Source: Actinomycetes bacterium
GTDB lineage: Bacteria; Actinomycetota; Actinomycetes; JACCUZ01
Length of the DNA stretch: 37,211 nt
NCBI GenBank assembly: GCA_036499185.1
Contig: DASYEF010000180.1
Coordinates: 1 to 37,211 of the forward strand
Direction: 5' to 3'
Shown here: positions 8,893-17,309 of the stretch, one piece after another
Position numbering within the stretch: position 1 is the stretch's first letter
Layout: each line of letters opens with the position of its first letter
Program-made: the position numbers and the translations under genes
Notes under the pieces: model-generated
Database searches by the model: none
What the model saw: only the letters and a program-made list of their open reading frames with translations
What the model was told of the DNA's origin: nothing

Positions 8893-10038
8893 ATGGCCAC
8901 CGGCGACTCCTCCGGGACAGGCGCCGACCCGGCGATCGACCCGGCAGTCCTGACATCCGATGCACCGCCGACCCCCGGGATCCTGCAGACCCGCGAGGCG
9001 ACGCCGCTGCAGCGGATCACCCGGGCTCTGCTGTCGCTGCTGCTGCTCTACCTGATCTTCGGGGTCCTGATCCCCAGCTTCGCCGACTACGACGACGTCT
9101 GGGCGGCCATCACGTCGCTCAGCCCGGAGGCCGTGGTCGCGATGGTGCTGATCACCGTTCTGATCGAGACGCTCAAGGGTGCCGCCCCGGCGTCCTTGAT
9201 CCCGGGCTTCTCGGTCTTCAAGGCCTTCCTCTCCCAAGAGGCCGCGGCCGTGGTCTCCAACACCATCCCTGGCCCGTCCGGGACGGTCGCGAAGTACTCC
9301 TTCTACACCCGCTTCGGGGTGCACCCGGTGACGTTCGGCAAGGCGATCGTCGTGAGCGGTGCGTTCAACAACGCGGTCGCCCTCATCCTGCCGACCATCG
9401 CGATCGCCGCCCTCGCGACCCAGGACGACGTGCCGTCCAGGGTCGTCTGGCTGGCCGTGATCGGCCTGGTCGTCTCCCTGGTCGGGATCGCACTTGTCAT
9501 CGGCATCATGCACAGCGAGCGGTTCGCCCGCGGGTTCGGCGAGCGGCTCGGTCGGGTCCTGAACTGGGCCCGCGGACTGGTCAACCGTCCGCCCGCCGAG
9601 GCGGTGGGTGAGGCAGTCGCCGGGTTCCGGATGGACGTGCTCGGGACGGTCGCTCGGCGCGGCCCGCTGCTGTTCGTCATCATCCTCGGCAAGGAGCTCG
9701 CGACCTGCTTCGGCCTGGTGGTGTCGTTGCGGGCTGTCGGGGCGCCGCGTGACGACCTCACCCCCGTCGAGATCTTGGCGGTGTACAGCCTGGTGCGGCT
9801 GCTCACCATCATCGAGATCACTCCCGGCAACATCGGGATCGCCGAGACGCTCTACATCAGCGGGCTGATCTGGGCGGCCGAAAGCACCAGCGAGGACACG
9901 ATCGTGGCGGGCGTGTTCGTGTTCCGGATGTTCACCTACCTCGGCCCGATCGTGCTGGGCGGTGCCTGCTGGATCGGGATGAGCCGGTACTTCACCAGGC
10001 ATCCCCACCCGGTCCTGCCGGCACCCGTCGAGGGGTAG
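8893..10038 (+). CDS. flippase-like / lysylphosphatidylglycerol-synthase TM-region (UPF0104) membrane protein, copy 2
   Basis: Polytopic 381-aa ORF with ITPGNIGIAETLYISGL...VFRMFTYLGPIVLGG, the same family signature as the upstream gene. Confidence 0.7.
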   Translation: MATGDSSGTGADPAIDPAVLTSDAPPTPGILQTREATPLQRITRALLSLLLLYLIFGVLIPSFADYDDVWAAITSLSPEAVVAMVLITVLIETLKGAAPASLIPGFSVFKAFLSQEAAAVVSNTIPGPSGTVAKYSFYTRFGVHPVTFGKAIVVSGAFNNAVALILPTIAIAALATQDDVPSRVVWLAVIGLVVSLVGIALVIGIMHSERFARGFGERLGRVLNWARGLVNRPPAEAVGEAVAGFRMDVLGTVARRGPLLFVIILGKELATCFGLVVSLRAVGAPRDDLTPVEILAVYSLVRLLTIIEITPGNIGIAETLYISGLIWAAESTSEDTIVAGVFVFRMFTYLGPIVLGGACWIGMSRYFTRHPHPVLPAPVEG

Positions 10039-10045
10039 GCCCGCG

Positions 10046-10567
10046 ATGGACCGTGCCGGGGTGCTGCGCCTGGTCTGGCGCAGCACGTTGATGCTCGCGC
10101 TGCTGACCGTCTCCTACTACCTGCTGCCGTCTGAGGACCTGGCCGGTCCCGGGCCGTTGGGGCGGCTGGGCGGCATGGTCCTGGCGCTCGCCGGCTTCAT
10201 CCTCGTGGTGCGGACCCAGCTCAAGGGCCTGCGGAGCGGGCAGTGGCCGGTGCTCGCGCGGATCGAAGCGCTCCTGACCGCGCTCTACCTGCTCATCCTG
10301 GTCTTCGCGACGACCTACTTCATCGTCTACCGGATCGCTCCGGACCAGATCGTCGGGATTGCCGACCGCACCGACTCGCTGTACTTCGCCGTCACCGTCA
10401 TCTCGACGGTCGGTTTCGGCGACATCCACGCGGTCGGCACCACCGGCCGGGCGATCGTCACCGGTCAGATGCTCTTCGACCTCGTGTACGTCGGGGCGGC
10501 GCTGCGCGCGCTGAGCGCTCGCGCGGGCGTGGTGGTCTCACCCAGCGGGGGTGAGGCCGGCCCCTGA
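10046..10567 (+). CDS. small potassium-channel family protein (pore-loop channel)
   Basis: K+ selectivity-filter signature TVGFGD (VISTVGFGDIHAV) flanked by hydrophobic helices. It starts 8 nt after the upstream gene. Confidence 0.8.
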   Translation: MDRAGVLRLVWRSTLMLALLTVSYYLLPSEDLAGPGPLGRLGGMVLALAGFILVVRTQLKGLRSGQWPVLARIEALLTALYLLILVFATTYFIVYRIAPDQIVGIADRTDSLYFAVTVISTVGFGDIHAVGTTGRAIVTGQMLFDLVYVGAALRALSARAGVVVSPSGGEAGP

Positions 10568-10638
10568 GCCGCCGCGCCACGATGACCTGACGACATCGAG
10601 GCCGCCGCGGTCCGGGTCGCGCTGCGAGGAGGCCGGCC

Positions 10639-11340
10639 ATGGGGCCTACGGGCGTGCTCGTGCCGGTGCCGCGAGCCAGGCCCCACGAGCCGCCGGGGCC
10701 GACGGGTCTGGCCCTGGCGCTGGCGGTCGACGCAGGGATCGGCGTGGCCGGGGACGCCGCCCGGCTGGTGCGGTGGAGCAGTCGGTCGGTGGTTCGGGCC
10801 GCGAGCCCCGTCGTCACGGTCGTGCTGCTGCCGCCGCTGGCCGGAGTCGGGCGGTGGCCGCTGCAGCGCTTGCGCGGCTACGCCGAGCGGGGCCGGGCGG
10901 AACGCATCGCGGTTCAGAACGTGGTGACCGAGCTCGTGCTGGCGCTCGTCCCACCGGTGACTTCCGCGGTGCTGGACCGGTTGGACCTGACGGCCATCGT
11001 CCGGGACCGGGTCGACCTCGACGTTGTCGTCGCTGGCGTCGACATCAACGCGATAGCCGGGTCGCTCGACCTCGACGAGATCGCCGCTGGCATCGACGTC
11101 GACGCGGTCGCCGCCCGGCTCGACGTGGCCAAGGTCATCGACGGGATCGACCTGACGGCCATCGCGCTGCAGGTCATCGACGCCATCGACCTGCCGGAGA
11201 TCGTCCGGGAGTCCAGCGGCGCGATGGCCTCGGACACGGTCCGCGGGGTCCGGCTGCGCACGGTCGAGGCGGACGAGCAGGTGAGCCGGGTAGTCGACCG
11301 CCTGCTCGGCCGACGCCGTCCCCGTCCGGAGCCGACATGA
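10639..11340 (+). CDS. hypothetical protein with nonapeptide (hDhxxhhxx) repeats
   Basis: ATG 10639 is preceded by GAGGAGG with a 7-nt spacer. Third-position GC is high. The central region is built from 9-residue repeats. The stop overlaps the next start (ATGA). No family recognised. Confidence 0.6.
   Translation: MGPTGVLVPVPRARPHEPPGPTGLALALAVDAGIGVAGDAARLVRWSSRSVVRAASPVVTVVLLPPLAGVGRWPLQRLRGYAERGRAERIAVQNVVTELVLALVPPVTSAVLDRLDLTAIVRDRVDLDVVVAGVDINAIAGSLDLDEIAAGIDVDAVAARLDVAKVIDGIDLTAIALQVIDAIDLPEIVRESSGAMASDTVRGVRLRTVEADEQVSRVVDRLLGRRRPRPEPT
10981..11211 (+). repeat. degenerate in-frame 27-nt tandem repeat (about 8 units, 6 consecutive in-phase units at 11011-11172)
   Basis: Units encode LDLTAIVRDR / VDLDVVVAG / VDINAIAGS / LDLDEIAAG / IDVDAVAAR / LDVAKVIDG / IDLTAIALQ / (VIDA) / IDLPEIVRE. 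Unit boundaries were checked against the nucleotide sequence. Confidence 0.85.
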
Positions 11341-11843
11341 CGACCGCCGACGCCCCCAACCGGCCGGACGACGTCGCCGTACCTGTCGAGGCGCGGTCCT
11401 TCCAGGGCGGGCGGGCCGGCCTGGTCAGCCGCTCGGTGGCGGCTGTGGTGGACATTGCGGTGGTGCTGATCGCGGTAGTGGTGATCTACCTGGGCGCCGC
11501 GGGGGTCCTGCTCATCTGGAACCCCCGGAATCCCCACGTGCCGTCCCTGCCGCACGGTGCGGTGGGCACCCTCGCGGTGGTGCTGGCCGTCGCCTACCTC
11601 GCGGTCGCCTGGACCACGAGCGGCCGGACGGTGGGTGACCAGGTCATGGGCCTGCGCGTCGTCGACGGGCGAGATCGCCGGGTCGGCGCGGGCCGTGCCT
11701 TGGTGCGGGCGCTGATCGTCACCATCATCCCGGTTGGTCTGCTCTGGTGCCTGGTCTCGGCGCGGCAGCGTGCCCTGTGGGATGTCCTCTTGCGCACGAC
11801 AGTGGTCTACGACTGGTCCGGTCGCGCGGTCGTGCGCGACTGA
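11337..11843 (+). CDS. RDD-family membrane protein
   Basis: ATG 11337 overlaps the upstream TGA (ATGA). GRAGLVSRSVAAVVD, GRTVGDQVMGLRVVD and WDVLLRTTVVYD match the Arg/Asp/Asp blocks and three-TM layout of RDD proteins. Confidence 0.75.
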   Translation: MTTADAPNRPDDVAVPVEARSFQGGRAGLVSRSVAAVVDIAVVLIAVVVIYLGAAGVLLIWNPRNPHVPSLPHGAVGTLAVVLAVAYLAVAWTTSGRTVGDQVMGLRVVDGRDRRVGAGRALVRALIVTIIPVGLLWCLVSARQRALWDVLLRTTVVYDWSGRAVVRD

Positions 11844-11854
11844 CCGGTCGCGGG

Positions 11855-12730
11855 TCAGGCCTCGTCGAGGGCCCGTTGCAGCTCGCTGACTCTCCTGGTC
11901 GCCAGCTCGGCGACCTCGCGAGCGTCGTCCCGCGCACCCGCGGCGGCCGAGCGCGCCTGCTCGGCCGAGGCTGACGTCGACTCCGCCTCGGCCAGCTCGC
12001 CGCGGAGCCGCTCGGCGGTGCGCGCCGCCTCGCGGGACGCGGACTCGGCGGATCTTGCTGCGTCCTCCGCGTCGGTGCGCGCGTCGGCCGCAGCCCGGGC
12101 GGCGGCCCAGGCCCCGGCGAGCTCGGCCTCCAGAGCGGCGCGCCGGGCAGCGCGCTCGGCCGCCTCAGGGTCGTCGGTCGGCTTCGCCGCCCGCTTCGCT
12201 GGTTTCGCGGGACGGCGGGCACCCGCCGTCGTCGGCGCTTCGCCGAACCCGCCGGGGACCAGCGCGTCGGTGAGCCGCCCCGAGCGCAGCAGCTCGCCGG
12301 CGGCCTCGTCGGCGAGCGCCGCCGTGAGCGTCTGCTCGAGACCCCGGGTGGCGTCCTCGGTGACCGGCTGACCCTCGGCCGCCGCGAGCCGGCGCGCCTG
12401 CCCGACGAGTGCCGCGATCACCTGGTGGCGCTGGCGCGACAGCTCGCGCAGCTGCGGCCCGGACAGCGTGGCGGTGGCCTCGCGCAGCGCCGCGCCGAGG
12501 TCGAGCAAGGGACCGACCTGGTCGCCGTGTCGGCGTACCAGCTGGTTGGCGAGCCAGGCCACGACGGTGGGACGGCGCAGGGCTGCGACGGCCCGCGCGG
12601 CGTCGGTGTCGCCCGCGGCCCGCAGCTCCTTGACCCGGGCGTCGCGGGCTGCCACGAAGTCGCGGGGCGGTACGGCGTAGAGCAGGTCCACCGCCTCCTC
12701 GACCGCCGCGTCGGCGTCGTCCTCGGTCAC
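11855..12730 (-). CDS. hypothetical Ala/Arg/Glu-rich protein with a coiled-coil-like C-terminal half
   Basis: GTG 12730 (VTEDDADAAVEE...) was chosen because the longer ORF to 12976 would run through the 3' end of the upstream peptidase gene. Third-position GC is very high. No family recognised. Confidence 0.55.
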   Translation of the reverse strand: MTEDDADAAVEEAVDLLYAVPPRDFVAARDARVKELRAAGDTDAARAVAALRRPTVVAWLANQLVRRHGDQVGPLLDLGAALREATATLSGPQLRELSRQRHQVIAALVGQARRLAAAEGQPVTEDATRGLEQTLTAALADEAAGELLRSGRLTDALVPGGFGEAPTTAGARRPAKPAKRAAKPTDDPEAAERAARRAALEAELAGAWAAARAAADARTDAEDAARSAESASREAARTAERLRGELAEAESTSASAEQARSAAAGARDDAREVAELATRRVSELQRALDEA

Positions 12731-12780
12731 GGGCCCGATCGTGCCACCGACCTCGGTCGGCCGCTCAGAGGCGCCACTGC

Positions 12781-13605
12781 TCAGGCGGGTGACAGGTGGC
12801 GGGTGATCGCCACGACCGCGACGAACGAGCGGTACGCCGCCAGCGGGTCCGCGGTCGCGATCGTGACCGTCCGCTCGGCGCTGCGCACGACACCGCGCAC
12901 GGCGGTCGCGATCTCGGCCATGTCCGCGGTCAGCAGGTCGACCTCGAGGTCGCCCGGCACCCGGGGCATCGACCACGCGTCGCGCGCCGCCAGTGCCTCG
13001 GCCGCAGCCGCCCGAACGATCTCGCGCGCCACGTCAGGGTGGACGCTCAGCGCCGCCTCACGGGACTGCGACTCCTTGACCACCGCCACCCGGATGCCGG
13101 GACAGAACGGCTCGGCCTCCGGGCCGACCACCTGGTCGCCCGTCACCAGCACGACGGGGACGCCGTGGCCGGCGGCCGCCAGCGCGTTGATGCCGGACTC
13201 GGCTGCGCGGATGCCACCGATGCGGGCATCGGACACCGCGCGCGGGTTGTACGTGTGCGAGAGGACCGACGCCGACGGCATCGAGCCGTGGTAGCCGATG
13301 AAGAGCGCGGCATCGTAGGACGAGTCCAGCCCTTGCATCATGTAGTCCGGCTTGTGCCGGCCGGAGAGGTAGGACGCCCGGCCGGCCAGCCGGTCCGGTG
13401 CGAGGTTGGCCATCAGCCCGTGCGAGTCGTTGACGACGACCTGGTCGGCGTCGGCCTCGAGCGCGCCCTCGATCGCCGCGTTGACCTCGCCGAGCAGGAG
13501 CCGCGCACCTTCGGCGTGAGCCGGCGCCCCGACCCGGCACTGGTCCCAGTCGGCGACGCCCGCGACGCCCTCCATGTCCGCGGACAGGTAGACCTTCACG
13601 GGCAA
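12781..13605 (-). CDS. M55-family D-aminopeptidase (DppA-like)
   Basis: The N-terminus VKVYLSADMEGVAGV and the block VVVNDSHGLMANL resemble Bacillus DppA. The listed start at 13605 is TTG. GTG at 13599 (VKVYLSADMEG) is an equally good or better start. Confidence 0.8.
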   Translation of the reverse strand: MPVKVYLSADMEGVAGVADWDQCRVGAPAHAEGARLLLGEVNAAIEGALEADADQVVVNDSHGLMANLAPDRLAGRASYLSGRHKPDYMMQGLDSSYDAALFIGYHGSMPSASVLSHTYNPRAVSDARIGGIRAAESGINALAAAGHGVPVVLVTGDQVVGPEAEPFCPGIRVAVVKESQSREAALSVHPDVAREIVRAAAAEALAARDAWSMPRVPGDLEVDLLTADMAEIATAVRGVVRSAERTVTIATADPLAAYRSFVAVVAITRHLSPA

Positions 13606-13610
13606 GGAGC

Positions 13611-14018
13611 CTAGAACCGTCGGCCCACGGACCCTTCACGGTGCCTTCCGGGCGGCTGGAGCGCGAGCATGGCCAGCCAGGTCCAGCCGGCGGCTTCGGA
13701 GGTGCTGACGGCTGCGGCGAGGCGGTACCTCCGAGCGAAGGCGACGACCGGCAGCATGCTGACCGCGTGCAGGACGTCGACAGCTGCTCCCGCCTCGGCG
13801 ACCGGGCGCTGGGGGCGCAGGACGAGCGCGGCCCCTTGCGCGAGGTCCCGGACCGCGAGGACGCACGCAGCGATCCGGCCGCCCCGCGGCAGTCCGGCGC
13901 CGGCTGCGCGGCGCCCGGCGGCGAGACCGATCAGGCACAGGCCGCCGACCGCCGCCCGCGCGACGCCGAGCGCCCGCAGGCGGTCGGCCGTCGTACGGTC
14001 GGTGGTGGTCGCGTTCAC
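13611..14018 (-). CDS. hypothetical small membrane protein
   Basis: This is the 3' part of ORF 13611..15113. GTG 14018-14016 overlaps the TGA of the upstream SDR gene (GTGA). About four hydrophobic segments and high third-position GC. No family recognised. Confidence 0.45.
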   Translation of the reverse strand: MNATTTDRTTADRLRALGVARAAVGGLCLIGLAAGRRAAGAGLPRGGRIAACVLAVRDLAQGAALVLRPQRPVAEAGAAVDVLHAVSMLPVVAFARRYRLAAAVSTSEAAGWTWLAMLALQPPGRHREGSVGRRF

Positions 14019-15046
14019 CGGCGGCGCCAGAGGGCGAGCCCGACGGCAGCGACACCGGCCGCCGCGGCAGCGAGGGCACCGTGGTGCTGGCTGGCCCACA
14101 GCTGGGCGCTGCGTTCGTGGGAGCGGTCGTCGAAGACCCCGTGCGCCCCGAAGTCGCGCGACATGTCCGCGGGCTTCCACAGGTTCTCCGGGGAGTCGAC
14201 CGGCTCGGCCACCTCGGTCTGCTGCGCGTCGAAGCCGGTCCGCGCCAGGTAGCGGTCGAGCAGCCCGGGGGCGATCGCGTTCGCGGCGAGGGTGGCCGCC
14301 GTCGTACCGCCGACCCAGTACTCGCGCCGCCCGGGGTTGTCCGCGGCGTGCACCACCGCACGCGCCGCGACCTCCGGCTGGTAGATCGGCGGCACCGGCT
14401 GGGGGTGACGGGGCAGCCGGGAGAGCACCCAGGAGAACTGCGGCGTGTTCACCGCGGGCATCTGCACCATCGTCACGTGCACGCTGCTCTTCTCGTGCAG
14501 CAGCTCGCAGCGCAGCGACTCGTTGAAGCCCTGGATGGCGTGCTTGGCGCCGCAGTACGCCGTCTGCAGCGGGATGCCGCGGTAGGCCAGCGCCGACCCG
14601 ACCTGGACGATGGTGCCGCGGTCGCGCGCCTTCATCCGGCGCAGCGCGGCCATCGTCCCGTAGACGTAGCCGAGATAGCTGACCTCGGTGACCCGCTTGA
14701 ACTCGTCCGGCGAGATCTGGTCGAACGGCGCGAACACCGAGGTGAACGCGTCGTTGACCCACACGTCGATCGGCCCGAGCTCGGCCTCGACCCGCTCGGC
14801 GACGGCGTCGACCGCGGCGGCGTCCGCGACGTCGCACGGCACCACGAGCGCGCGACCGCCGGCCGAGCGCACCTCGTCGGCGGCAGACTGGAGGCCGTCC
14901 TCGCCGCGGGCCACGACGGCGACCGTCGCGCCGCGGCGGCCGAAAGCGATGGCGGTCGCCCGGCCGATGCCCCCGCTGGCGCCGGTGACGACCACCACCT
15001 GGGGGACGTTCTCGACCCGGTTGTCGACACTGTTGCTGGCAGACAT
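14015..15046 (-). CDS. short-chain dehydrogenase/reductase (SDR) with a C-terminal hydrophobic tail
   Basis: TGASGGIGRATA cofactor motif, NDAF, and YCGAKHA (YxxxK). The C-terminal AAAAAGVAAVGLALW segment is hydrophobic. Confidence 0.85.
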   Translation of the reverse strand: MSASNSVDNRVENVPQVVVVTGASGGIGRATAIAFGRRGATVAVVARGEDGLQSAADEVRSAGGRALVVPCDVADAAAVDAVAERVEAELGPIDVWVNDAFTSVFAPFDQISPDEFKRVTEVSYLGYVYGTMAALRRMKARDRGTIVQVGSALAYRGIPLQTAYCGAKHAIQGFNESLRCELLHEKSSVHVTMVQMPAVNTPQFSWVLSRLPRHPQPVPPIYQPEVAARAVVHAADNPGRREYWVGGTTAATLAANAIAPGLLDRYLARTGFDAQQTEVAEPVDSPENLWKPADMSRDFGAHGVFDDRSHERSAQLWASQHHGALAAAAAGVAAVGLALWRRR

Positions 15047-15207
15047 GGTGCTGCGACTCCTTCACGTGGTGGATAGGCGCGGGGCGGTGGCCTGTGTCGT
15101 CCGCAGGAGCCACTACCCGGACAGGGCGCCCCTACGCGGGTTCACTCATCCGGCCGCGGGTACGGCGCCGTGCACAGCGTTGGACAGCGAGCAGTGGAGG
15201 GCGCGCG

Positions 15208-15690
15208 ATGGCACGGGTCTCGGTCGAGGTGGCCGCACCGGCGCAGGACGTCTGGGCGGTCCTGGAGGACGCCTGGACCTACGCGAACTGGGTCGTCGGC
15301 ACAGTGAAGATCCGCGATGTCGACCCGGCGTGGCCGGCCGCCGGCAGCCGCCTGCACCATGCGGTGGGCGCCTGGCCGCTGACCATCCAGGACGAGACCG
15401 AGGTGCTGGAGTGCGACCCCGGCACCCGCCTGCTGCTGCGGGCCCGCGGATGGCCGGCCGGCGAGGCGTCTGTGGAGATCGTGCTGCACTCCTACGGCGA
15501 CCGGACGCGGGTCGAGATGGCCGAGGAGCCGACATCCGGACCCGGTGCGTGGATGCACAACAGGGCCGTCGACCTGGTCGGCGCGAAGCGGGTGGAGGAG
15601 ACGCTGGACCGCCTTCGCCGCCTCGTCGAGGGTCACCGCCGCGACGGGCTCTCCAGCAGGCGTACGGCGGCACCGGCGGACCCGTCGTAG
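15208..15690 (+). CDS. SRPBCC (START / polyketide cyclase-dehydrase-like) family protein
   Basis: ATG 15208 is preceded by GGAGG. The N-terminus VSVEVAAPAQDVWAVLEDAWTYANWV is typical of the family. Confidence 0.7.
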   Translation: MARVSVEVAAPAQDVWAVLEDAWTYANWVVGTVKIRDVDPAWPAAGSRLHHAVGAWPLTIQDETEVLECDPGTRLLLRARGWPAGEASVEIVLHSYGDRTRVEMAEEPTSGPGAWMHNRAVDLVGAKRVEETLDRLRRLVEGHRRDGLSSRRTAAPADPS

Positions 15691-17231
15691 AGCCGGCCGA
15701 ACCGGGCCCGGGCCTGCGCGGCCCTGGCCGCGTTGGCGCCACAGGCGCCGTGCACCCCCCCGCCGGGGTGCGCCGAGGAGGACGCCAAGAACAGGCCGGG
15801 GAACGGGGTGTCGGCCCGGCCGGTGCCGGGCGTCGGCCGCAGGACGAGCTGCTGGTGCAGCGCCGCGGTGCCACCGCCGAGGGCGCCTCCGGACAGCGAC
15901 CGGTCGCTGTCCTCGAGGTCTCCGGGGCCCTGCACGCTGCGCGCGACCACGACGTCGCGGAAGCCGGGAGCGGCCCGCTCGAGCTCGTCCTCGATGCGGC
16001 GCGCGAACTCGTCGACCACCTCCCGGGGGTGCGGGCCGCGCGGGAGGTGCGCATAGGCCCACAGCGCCTGGGTGCCGGCGGGGGAGCGGCTCGGGTCGGC
16101 GGTGGTCATCTGGCCGACGAGCACGAACGGACGGCGGGGCAGCGCGCCGGTCGACAGGTCGGCGGCCCCGCGGGTCAGGTCGTCGATGCCACCGCCCAGG
16201 TGGACGGTCCCGGCCAGGCCGGCTTGCGGGTCGCGCCAGGGCACCGGCGCGGACGTCGCCCAGTTGACCTTGAGGGTGCCGTGGTCCCAGTCGAACCGGT
16301 CGAGGTCCTCGCGCAGGCCGGCCGACAGCCGCGCGGTGCCGACCAGCGACCGGTAGAGGTCCGGCGCGGGGACGTCGGCGAGCACTCCGCGGGAGGCCCG
16401 CAGCCGCTCGCCGCCGGCCAGGGTCACGCCCTCGGCGCCCCGCTCGCCGAGGTCCACCCGCGTGACGGGGCTCGAGCAGCGCAGCTCGCCGCCGCGGGCT
16501 CGGAAGCGGGCGACCAGCGCGTCGGTGAGCCGGCCGGCACCGCCGGTGGGCACCGGGAAGCCGCGGGTCTGACCGACCATCGCCAGCAGCAAGCCGTAGA
16601 GCGCGCTACCGGCCGACTCCGGCGTCAGGTCGGTGTGCATGGCGTTGCCGGCGACGAGCATCCGGGCACCGTCGCCGGCGAACTCCTGGGCGCCGAAGGT
16701 GCGCACCGGGACCATCGCCGTGCGGGCCAGCTGCAGGCTGCCCGCGAGGCCGAGGCTGCGTAGGACGGCCAGGCCGGGGCGTACCGGCGGGAAGGGCCGC
16801 AGGATCGCGTCGAGGACGGGTTCCTCGATCTCCCGCCACCACCCGGCCCAGCGACGCCAGGCGTCGCCGTCCCCGGGAGCGAACCGGTCGACGCTCTCGG
16901 CGGTCTCGTCGAGGTCGCGTGACAGGACGGCGGCGCGCCCGTCGTCGAGCATGTGGGCCAGCACCCGCGGGGCGTGCGACCACGCCAGGCCGTGTTGCTC
17001 GAGGCGCAGGTCCCGCAGTACAGGGGAGGCGGCGGCCAGGGGGTAGAACGCGCTGAACAGGTCGGCGGTGTAGCCCGGCGCGGGGTGGTCGGCCTGGCTG
17101 CGGACCGCACCGCCCGGCTGGTCGGCCGCCTCGAGCACGACAACGCTCCACCCGGCATCGACGAGCAGGTTCGCGGCGACCAACCCGTTCGGGCCGGCGC
17201 CGATGACCACGGCGTCGTACGTGTGCGGCAT
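15633..17231 (-). CDS. FAD/NAD(P)-dependent oxidoreductase of the phytoene-desaturase (CrtI-like) family
   Basis: ATG 17231 gives MPHTYDAVVIGAGPNGLVAANLL...VVLEA, a Rossmann GxGxxG dinucleotide fold. Length is about 530 aa. The longer listed ORF upstream is Arg/Gly-rich and unlikely to be translated. Confidence 0.8.
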   Translation of the reverse strand: MPHTYDAVVIGAGPNGLVAANLLVDAGWSVVVLEAADQPGGAVRSQADHPAPGYTADLFSAFYPLAAASPVLRDLRLEQHGLAWSHAPRVLAHMLDDGRAAVLSRDLDETAESVDRFAPGDGDAWRRWAGWWREIEEPVLDAILRPFPPVRPGLAVLRSLGLAGSLQLARTAMVPVRTFGAQEFAGDGARMLVAGNAMHTDLTPESAGSALYGLLLAMVGQTRGFPVPTGGAGRLTDALVARFRARGGELRCSSPVTRVDLGERGAEGVTLAGGERLRASRGVLADVPAPDLYRSLVGTARLSAGLREDLDRFDWDHGTLKVNWATSAPVPWRDPQAGLAGTVHLGGGIDDLTRGAADLSTGALPRRPFVLVGQMTTADPSRSPAGTQALWAYAHLPRGPHPREVVDEFARRIEDELERAAPGFRDVVVARSVQGPGDLEDSDRSLSGGALGGGTAALHQQLVLRPTPGTGRADTPFPGLFLASSSAHPGGGVHGACGANAARAAQARARFGRLYDGSAGAAVRLLESPSRR

Positions 17232-17309
17232 CCACGACCTCCCTGGCCACCACCCTGCCCGGCGGCGCGCCGCCGAACCGGCGGCGCCGCCCGACGTACG
17301 CTCGCCGGC

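Noticed and set aside
10981-11211. Regular 27-nt periodicity that could be mistaken for a CRISPR-like or non-coding tandem array.
   Set aside because: The units are contiguous with no spacers, degenerate at the DNA level, in frame, and show strong coding bias inside an ORF with a strong Shine-Dalgarno. It is a protein-coding nonapeptide repeat.
14688-16763. 691-aa ORF spanning the SDR, SRPBCC and CrtI-like genes. Also 19776..21737 - (653 aa), 21320..23380 + (upstream part), 24570..26159 - and 13611..15113 - (upstream part).
   Set aside because: These are the same kind of high-GC artefact. Each overlaps two or more well-supported genes in other frames. Only the 3' tails of 21320..23380 and 13611..15113 were kept as genes, with internal GTG starts.
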